The position numbers and the translations under genes are program-made. From the NCBI GenBank assembly GCA_965204535.1, contig CBDBEV010000001.1, positions 1,568,001-1,632,000 of the forward strand: a DNA stretch of 64,000 bases. Reading direction: 5' to 3'. The DNA is from a bacterium (lineage in GTDB: Bacteria > UBA8248). Shown piece after piece: positions 57,619 through 64,000 of the stretch; position 1 is the first letter of the stretch; every line of letters begins with the position of its first letter. The notes below the pieces were generated by a model. It searched no databases. It saw nothing but the letters and a program-made list of their open reading frames with translations, and was not told the origin of the DNA.

Positions 57619-58443
57619 TCAGCCCCGTCCGTGTCTCCTTTTCCAGTCTCGGAAATCTCTGCGGATGTTTTCTGGCAACGAATGGCCGTCTTGCATATCG
57701 TGGCAATCGACGCACAGGGCGCGAAGATTGATAGCGCGGTTGTTGGATTTGTCCCTGTCGATGTGATGAGCGTGGAGAAACTTTCTGGCTTCCTCATCTC
57801 CCAGATAAGTTCCGCATTCCTCGCATTTCCACTGCGCTCTTTCGCGGCAGATTCGTGAAAATTTTTGTTGACGAGGCGAGTATTCATTGATGGGTGCAGT
57901 GACGTCCGTATGTCGGGGTCTTGAGACCTTCGTTTCGTCGTATCTTTCGAAAAATTCTTCTGGAGAAAATTCACTGCATATCCTGTCCCGTTCCTGATAA
58001 TTCTTGTAATTATAACTTTTGTAGTGCAAGTGGCTCAGACACAGTTTACATACGAGCATCTTTACAAGTCTGCCTTCAGGCATTGTTTCATTCCGAATCC
58101 AAAATTGCCCGTCCGTTCGGGTCGATGCAACATAGCGTTTTTCAAATCGCTCCTTGTTTTTCATCTCCTTTATTTTGCCACAATTCACCACATGGAATTT
58201 GTAGTTGCTGAAATACTTAGAATACTGGTCTCGAATATAGACGAGAATCTGTCGGCCTTCGTAGGAGAGAAGGCCATTCGGATCGACGTTGATTTCCACT
58301 GGCGCGATGTCTATTCCTTCCGTTTCCAAGTCGATATCTCGGTTGATTCTCCATGTCGTGCCGGGTTCGTATGCAACCAATTCGTCGATACCCATTTTCT
58401 TCCGGACAGCGCGGAGTTCAGTGAATGAAACCTCGATTTTCAT
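57619..58443 (-). CDS. zorE: HNH endonuclease, ZorE-like
   Basis: CEECG...LHAHHIDRDKSNN...NLRALCVDCH; ATGA-coupled to the zorB-like gene. Confidence 0.75.
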   Translation of the reverse strand: MKIEVSFTELRAVRKKMGIDELVAYEPGTTWRINRDIDLETEGIDIAPVEINVDPNGLLSYEGRQILVYIRDQYSKYFSNYKFHVVNCGKIKEMKNKERFEKRYVASTRTDGQFWIRNETMPEGRLVKMLVCKLCLSHLHYKSYNYKNYQERDRICSEFSPEEFFERYDETKVSRPRHTDVTAPINEYSPRQQKFSRICRERAQWKCEECGTYLGDEEARKFLHAHHIDRDKSNNRAINLRALCVDCHDMQDGHSLPENIRRDFRDWKRRHGRG

Positions 58444-59156
58444 CGTTCGCCTTTCCTTTTAAGTATCTGGACGATTCTTTTCTCCGCGTTCGTCCTCACG
58501 CGAAACTCCACCCTTCTCGATCTCTTTTCGTTTTCGCTGCCGTCTTTCCGCAGCACCGGCTTGCTGGAAGAAAGGCCGTTCGCGGTGAGTCTCTTTTTCA
58601 GCCACTCGAAATCCCGAGACACTTTATCCAAATTCAGTACGTACTCAAGAACGGCCCGTGTTCTTTTTTGGGAGAGTTCCATGTTTTTGAAATATGCGAT
58701 CTTGGAGTTTTCGGGAAAAGGCTTCCATTTTTTGGAAGTATGGCCTTCGATTCGCACTTCCTCAATGTCGGTTTTGTATTTCGGGCCGGTGAGAATTTTT
58801 ACGTATCGGGGAAAGAAGTCGATGAGGATGCTCTTGAAGCTCTCTTTCAAAACGGCCTTGCCCTCATCAAAGAGCACCCTGGGTTCCGTGAATGTGATAG
58901 AGAGTGTTTCGCGGTTGGGCACTGCGGACCATCTCTCCCAGTCGTCTTTGAATTCACGTTCCAGGTCATCATACAGACTGTTCTGCAGGCGATTGTAGGT
59001 GACGGCGATTTCCTCGATACTTTCCTTGTCCACCTGCACCGTCGCCATAAATATGACGGTGAGGAACATGAAGATCATCATGGTCACGGACATGACGTCC
59101 GCGATGGAAATCCACTGACCTTCGTTTTCCTCTTGGAGCGTATCAGTGTTCTCCAT
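58440..59156 (-). CDS. zorB: Zorya ZorB (MotB/OmpA-like)
   Basis: WISIADVMS TM with Asp; IEGHTS, NMELSQKR, SRRVEF. Confidence 0.85.
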   Translation of the reverse strand: MENTDTLQEENEGQWISIADVMSVTMMIFMFLTVIFMATVQVDKESIEEIAVTYNRLQNSLYDDLEREFKDDWERWSAVPNRETLSITFTEPRVLFDEGKAVLKESFKSILIDFFPRYVKILTGPKYKTDIEEVRIEGHTSKKWKPFPENSKIAYFKNMELSQKRTRAVLEYVLNLDKVSRDFEWLKKRLTANGLSSSKPVLRKDGSENEKRSRRVEFRVRTNAEKRIVQILKRKGER

Positions 59157-60618
59157 GGTCGCCCTGTCTTTCGATAATTTCCAGCACTTTCTTTAACCTG
59201 TCTGCCAATCGTCCATAATCGTCGGCGAATCGATTCGATATGCTCGCCAGCTCGCGGCCGAACTCACCGAAGACTTTCGTGAGTTCCTCTTCGAGTCCTT
59301 TGTCTATTGCTTCCATCCGCGCTGCAGTTTTGCTGGCGCTTTCCTGTGCCAATCGGGCGAGTTCCTGTTCCGCCCTCCTGAATGACTCCGTTATTTGATC
59401 ATGCAACCGGCCAGCTAGGTTCGAGGCAAGGTCTTCCTGTCGCTTTGCGGCATCTGCCACATGAGCACCCATCAGGTCGATATTCTGCCTGGACGATTCT
59501 CCAACTCGTTCAATGGCGCCGGTAGCCGTTTGTTCCAGTTTAGTAAAATTCGCCGTGAGTTCGCTCATCTTATCATCGAACGTGGGAACAAGCTGTTCCG
59601 CTTTTTCGGACATGCCGACGAATACTTCCATGATCTCGGCAAATTTCGTTAGATGTTCTCCCATCTTCTCATTTTGGTCCCGAATAGTGGCCAGAATCGG
59701 GTCGAGTTTTTCGGCGGCCTCGGTGATGACGCCGCTTCGCTCCGATATCTCTGCTACAGAATCCCGCGTTTGCTTGATGGCGGTGACCGTCATCTGGAAC
59801 TGCTCGATCATCGTTTCCATTTGTTCCTTATACTCGCTCAGCCAGTCGACGAGTTTTTCGACCGCCTCGCTGAATCGGTTGAAACTTTCCCCGAGTTGCT
59901 CGTTTATCTTCGCGTTCAAATCCTCAATCAATTTTTCGATAGCCTTGATGAGAGCTTCGCTGTTCGCCTCCGCCATGGTTTCCGCGAAATTCCGGAATTC
60001 CTGGATGAGTTCGTCCTGCTTGTCGACGAAGGTGGTTCGGAATCTCTGTATCTGGGTGAGCACGGAGGTATCGCCCTCGCCCGACACCGAGGCGCGGATG
60101 CTTTCGAGGCTTTCCAGCGTTTGCCTGTGGTTTTCCTTTTCGGCTTCCCCCTGCTCTCGGAGAAGGCTCTCAATATTCCTGGAGGAGGTTGCTGTTTCTT
60201 TGAGGATTTGAAGGATGGGCGGGTCAACCCCTCCCGGGAAGAACACGGAAAGAGTTCTCGTGGCGAGAGTCGCTCCGATACCGACTATGGAAGTCAGAAA
60301 AGCCGTTTTCAGGCCGGCGAGAAGCGGCGGGACGCTTTGTTCTATGTCGTTGGTATCAAAATCCTTCAGGCCGAGAGCGATGCCGATGAACGTTCCCAGG
60401 ATTCCGAGAACGGTGGTCGCTGATTGTGAGAATCTTCGGGTGTTTCTTGTCCAGATAAGGATTACAAAACAAGCGAGTATCACCCCGCAAAAAACTTGCG
60501 TGAGTCGTTCGGGATCGCTCGTGGGAAAAACAACGGGTTGAAAAAGGGCGTACAAAGACGCAAAACAGGGCGCAGATAATCCACAGGTGTTGGGTCCTAT
60601 AGCCTCGTGATATTGCAA
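59143..60618 (-). CDS. zorA: Zorya ZorA (MotA/ExbB-like with long helical tail)
   Basis: LGILGTFIGIALGL..FD...I..SVP.LL.GLKTAF.TSI.G, followed by a long coiled-coil-like tail; start uncertain. Confidence 0.85.
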   Translation of the reverse strand: MQYHEAIGPNTCGLSAPCFASLYALFQPVVFPTSDPERLTQVFCGVILACFVILIWTRNTRRFSQSATTVLGILGTFIGIALGLKDFDTNDIEQSVPPLLAGLKTAFLTSIVGIGATLATRTLSVFFPGGVDPPILQILKETATSSRNIESLLREQGEAEKENHRQTLESLESIRASVSGEGDTSVLTQIQRFRTTFVDKQDELIQEFRNFAETMAEANSEALIKAIEKLIEDLNAKINEQLGESFNRFSEAVEKLVDWLSEYKEQMETMIEQFQMTVTAIKQTRDSVAEISERSGVITEAAEKLDPILATIRDQNEKMGEHLTKFAEIMEVFVGMSEKAEQLVPTFDDKMSELTANFTKLEQTATGAIERVGESSRQNIDLMGAHVADAAKRQEDLASNLAGRLHDQITESFRRAEQELARLAQESASKTAARMEAIDKGLEEELTKVFGEFGRELASISNRFADDYGRLADRLKKVLEIIERQGDHGEH

Positions 60619-61020
60619 ACTGTCGCGCTACGTTAGCACCCGTGCGAGGTTTTGTCGATTTCGTTCAGCTCTCGCGTTTACCTTCCCAGAGAAACGGGCG
60701 CTTCGCGAAGCGCCCCTACGACACCCTTCCGGGGAGATCACAACACACGTCATTCCGGCATCAGTCCCGATTGATAAAGGAGGGGTTGACCGGAATCCAT
60801 TTTGACTTTTCACGGGGCGGGGCGGCCACGACCTTGTTGTTGCGCGGTGCCCGGATGCGGAATCCAGAGGATTCGCCTTTCGTTGTTGTGTTCGATTCAG
60901 TTCCTCACCGCCCGGGAGTAAAAACGTCGGAACGAGGAGGCGAAAAGGCAAAGGCGAAAATGGATTCCGGCTCAAGGCCGAAATGACGGCCAAAACCCGA
61001 AACCGGACGGCGGCGCGGCC

Positions 61021-62109
61021 TCAGATGGCCAGTTGGGTCTCTGCGTCGAAGAAGAAGAGGTTGTCCTCGCGCATGCCCACCCGGGCCTCATCGCCCATGT
61101 CGACCCGAAGAGTGGAGGGCGTGCGCGCCATGATGGAGAGGTCCTCGAAGGCGAGTTCGAGCACCTGATCCGCCCCGTAAGGCTCCAGCAGCAGCACCTT
61201 GCTCAGGTGGCCGTTCTCCTCACCCCCGGCGGCCTCGACGACGACGTCCTCGGGGCGAATCCCCAGGATCACCTTATCCCTCTGCTTCTCCTCCAGGCGC
61301 TTGCGCTGCTCGGGAGACGGCTCCACGGCGAAATTCCCGTAGCGGAAGCACAGCCTCCCGTTTTCCTGTTCCAGCGAACCGGGGATGAGGTTCATGGGCG
61401 GCGTGCCCACGAATTGCGCCACGAAGGTGTTCGCCGGCTCATGATAAACGGCGTAGGGGGAGGCGTACTGCTGGAGCACGCCGTCTTTCATAAGCGCTAT
61501 CTCGTCGGCCATGTTAAGCGCTTCCACCTGATCGTGGGTCACGTAGATCATGGTGGTCTCGAGACGCCGGTGGAGCTTTTTGAGTTCTGCGCGCATCTCG
61601 ACCCTGAGCGCGGCGTCGAGATTCGAGAGCGGCTCGTCCATCAGGAACGCCCAGGGTTCTCGGACGATCGCCCGGCCCAGCGCCACGCGCTGGCGCTGTC
61701 CGCCCGAGAGTTCGCGGGGCCTTCGGGCCAGAAGCTCCTCGATGTTCAGCGCCTCGGCCGCCCAGCGGACCTTCTCGTCGATTTCCGCCCTGGTCATCTT
61801 CATCATCCGAAGCGGGAAGGCCAGGTTGTCCCGCACCCGGAGGTGAGGGTAGAGGGCGTAGCTCTGGAACACCATGGCCATGTTGCGCTTGTGGGCCGGA
61901 ATGTGGCGCACGTCCACCCCGTCGATGAGAATCGCGCCCTCGGTGGGTTCCAGCAGGCCTGCGACCACGTTCAGGATGGTGGTCTTCCCGCAGCCGGACG
62001 GGCCCAGGAGGACGACGAATCTGCCGTCGGCGATTTCCAGGTCCACGTTGTCGACCGCGACCACATCGCCGTAGTTCTTGGTCAAGTTCTCCAGCACGAC
62101 CTTCGCCAT
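61021..62109 (-). CDS. Carbohydrate ABC transporter ATP-binding protein (MalK/UgpC family)
   Basis: GPSGCGKT, LSGGQRQR, DEPLSNLD, YVTHDQ. Confidence 0.95.
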   Translation of the reverse strand: MAKVVLENLTKNYGDVVAVDNVDLEIADGRFVVLLGPSGCGKTTILNVVAGLLEPTEGAILIDGVDVRHIPAHKRNMAMVFQSYALYPHLRVRDNLAFPLRMMKMTRAEIDEKVRWAAEALNIEELLARRPRELSGGQRQRVALGRAIVREPWAFLMDEPLSNLDAALRVEMRAELKKLHRRLETTMIYVTHDQVEALNMADEIALMKDGVLQQYASPYAVYHEPANTFVAQFVGTPPMNLIPGSLEQENGRLCFRYGNFAVEPSPEQRKRLEEKQRDKVILGIRPEDVVVEAAGGEENGHLSKVLLLEPYGADQVLELAFEDLSIMARTPSTLRVDMGDEARVGMREDNLFFFDAETQLAI

Positions 62110-62135
62110 TCTCACTCGCTCCTATGGAAAACCGG

Positions 62136-63074
62136 CTAGCCCTTCACTGCGCCCGCCGTCAGCCCGCGCACAAAGTAGCGCTGGAACATGAGGGCCAGGG
62201 CGACGGGAATGATGACGCAGGCGACGCCCGCGGCGTTCATCCGCGCGTAGCTCACCGAAAACTCGGAGACGAAATCGAGCAGCGTCACCGTGATGGGCCG
62301 GGTATTCATCGTCTGGGTCAGCACGAGCGGGAAGAGGAACTCGTTCCAGCTCGTGAGAAACACGAACACCGCCGCCGTGACGATCGCGGGCGCCGAGAGC
62401 GGCAGGATCACCCGCCAGAGCGTCTGGAAGCGGTTGCAGCCGTCCACGCGGGCGGCGCTCTCGATCTCCTGCGGGACGGTCTCGAAATATGCGACCAGCA
62501 CGAATATCGCCAGCGGCAGGGATATCGGAATGTAGGCCACGATGAGCCCCAGATAGGTATCCAGCAGCCCGAGCCCGCGGATCATCAGGTAGAAGGGGAC
62601 GATCAGCGACACCTCGGGCACGATGCGCGACGCCAGCACGACGTAGAAAAGGGACTGCTTTCCCTTGAAGTAAAGACGCGCGAAACCATACGCCGCCAGG
62701 CATCCCAGTATGACGTTGATGATGGTGACGCCCAGCGCCACGACGAAGCTGTTCCACATCGAGGGCAGCACGTCGGCCGTGGGGAACGTGGAGTATCCGG
62801 CCATGCTCTTGTCGAACGCGACGCTCGTGTCGGCGGGTTTCCTGAGGATGATCTCCTCGTAGTTGCCGATGTTGAACTTGGGCGGAACCCAGTTGGGCGG
62901 CACCGACACCACGTCCTTCTCGAACTGAAGGCTTGAATTCAGCATCCAGTAGAAGGGCGAGATGGCGTAGAAGAGCATGGCGGCGACGATCAGGTAGAGT
63001 ACGACCCGCCCCAGGATGGCGGCCTGGCGGTATCTCTGAATTTCCTTGACGTCGGGAACGCTCGGGGCGGCCAT
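62136..63074 (-). CDS. Carbohydrate ABC transporter permease
   Basis: ESAARVDG EAA loop, SWNEFL. Confidence 0.93.
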   Translation of the reverse strand: MAAPSVPDVKEIQRYRQAAILGRVVLYLIVAAMLFYAISPFYWMLNSSLQFEKDVVSVPPNWVPPKFNIGNYEEIILRKPADTSVAFDKSMAGYSTFPTADVLPSMWNSFVVALGVTIINVILGCLAAYGFARLYFKGKQSLFYVVLASRIVPEVSLIVPFYLMIRGLGLLDTYLGLIVAYIPISLPLAIFVLVAYFETVPQEIESAARVDGCNRFQTLWRVILPLSAPAIVTAAVFVFLTSWNEFLFPLVLTQTMNTRPITVTLLDFVSEFSVSYARMNAAGVACVIIPVALALMFQRYFVRGLTAGAVKG

Positions 63075-63076
63075 GA

Positions 63077-63979
63077 TCAGCTCTCCTGCGGTCTGTAGAG
63101 GATCTTGATGTAGCCGATCGCCAGGATGAAGGTGGCGATGGCGATCACGTAGGAAATCGATGCGCCGGAGCCGAACTGCAGGTTACGGAACGTCTCGACG
63201 TAGGTGTACCAGGAGACGAGCGCGGTCGCGTCGCCGGGGCCTCCCTCGGTCAGGATGTAGACCAGGTCGAAGGTCTTGATGGAGATGATCGAGGAGTAGA
63301 CCAGAACGAGCAGGAAGGCCAGCTTGAGCGCAGGCAGGGTGATATGCCAGAAACGCCTCGGGGCGCCCGCCTGGTCGACCTTGGCCGCGCTGTAGAGATC
63401 CTCGGGGATCGCCTGGAGCGCCGTCAGGAACAAGACGGTGGCGAGGGGCACCTCTTTCCAGACGAAGGCGTTCACAAGGGTGTAGAGCGCTCGGTCGGGG
63501 TTGCTGAGCCAGGTCTGGTACTTGTCGATGATTCCCAACGCAACCAGGAGCCCGTTCAGCACCCCGTAGTCGGAATGGTAGATCCACTCCCAGATCAAGC
63601 CGTTCGCCACGTAGGGCACCGCCCAGGGCACGAGGATGAGCGGCACCGCCCACTTGCGAACCCCGGAACCCAGTTCGTTGAGCGCGAGGGAGAAGATGAG
63701 GCCGAGAATGGCCACGGCGATCACCGACACCACGACGAAGATGATCGTGTTGATGAACGCGTTGTAGAAATCCTCGCTCTCCAGGAACATGACGTAGTTC
63801 TCGAAACCCACGAAGGGGTTTCTGTGGGGCCGCTTCAGGTTATAGACGTGGACGCTGACGTAGAACGAATGGAGGATGGGATAGATGTTGAGCAGCACCA
63901 TCAGGAGCAGTGCGGGCCCCACGAAGAACGCCGCGATGCCGCCTTCTGTCTGTGTGCGCCGGGCGAGCCAGCCCTTCAC
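63077..63979 (-). CDS. Carbohydrate ABC transporter permease
   Basis: FVGFENY, LQAIPEDLYSAAKVD, LTEGGP. Confidence 0.93.
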   Translation of the reverse strand: MKGWLARRTQTEGGIAAFFVGPALLLMVLLNIYPILHSFYVSVHVYNLKRPHRNPFVGFENYVMFLESEDFYNAFINTIIFVVVSVIAVAILGLIFSLALNELGSGVRKWAVPLILVPWAVPYVANGLIWEWIYHSDYGVLNGLLVALGIIDKYQTWLSNPDRALYTLVNAFVWKEVPLATVLFLTALQAIPEDLYSAAKVDQAGAPRRFWHITLPALKLAFLLVLVYSSIISIKTFDLVYILTEGGPGDATALVSWYTYVETFRNLQFGSGASISYVIAIATFILAIGYIKILYRPQES

Positions 63980-64000
63980 GCCCGTCTGCGCGGCCGGCTC

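Noticed and set aside
1593-64000. Many long overlapping antisense or alternate-frame ORFs (e.g. 1661..2773, 15784..17292, 41945..43219, 61033..62139)
   Set aside because: Arg/Pro/Gly-rich shadow ORFs expected in high-GC DNA, overlapping well-supported genes

Overview
GC-rich bacterial window in three parts. (1) About 1-26 kb is an accessory island. It holds the 3' end of a possible DSR1-like defence gene, five TbpB-barrel-type surface proteins, an autotransporter, IS110 and DUF4338 remnants, an MpaB-oxygenase/MMPL operon and an IEP-deleted group II intron. Two putative phase-variation devices stand out. The first is two paralogous modules, each a Cre-like tyrosine recombinase next to a ~150 bp promoter-containing segment bounded by perfect 21-bp lox-like inverted repeats whose sequences co-vary between modules. 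The second is a GTCATCC heptamer tract (21 vs 2 copies) inside leader ORFs upstream of two surface-protein genes. (2) About 26.7-38.7 kb is a visibly more AT-rich housekeeping/metabolic block (GAF-GGDEF-like, mreB, aroE, Mo-hydroxylase, ECF sigma, CoA transferase, permease). (3) About 38.8-64 kb has catabolic genes, a probable UGA-recoded PrdB/GrdB-like selenoprotein, an IS1182 inserted in a palindromic repeat, related MITEs, orphan antitoxins, a type II Zorya (zorABE) system and a sugar ABC transporter. All family calls come from motif recognition by eye; no searches were run.
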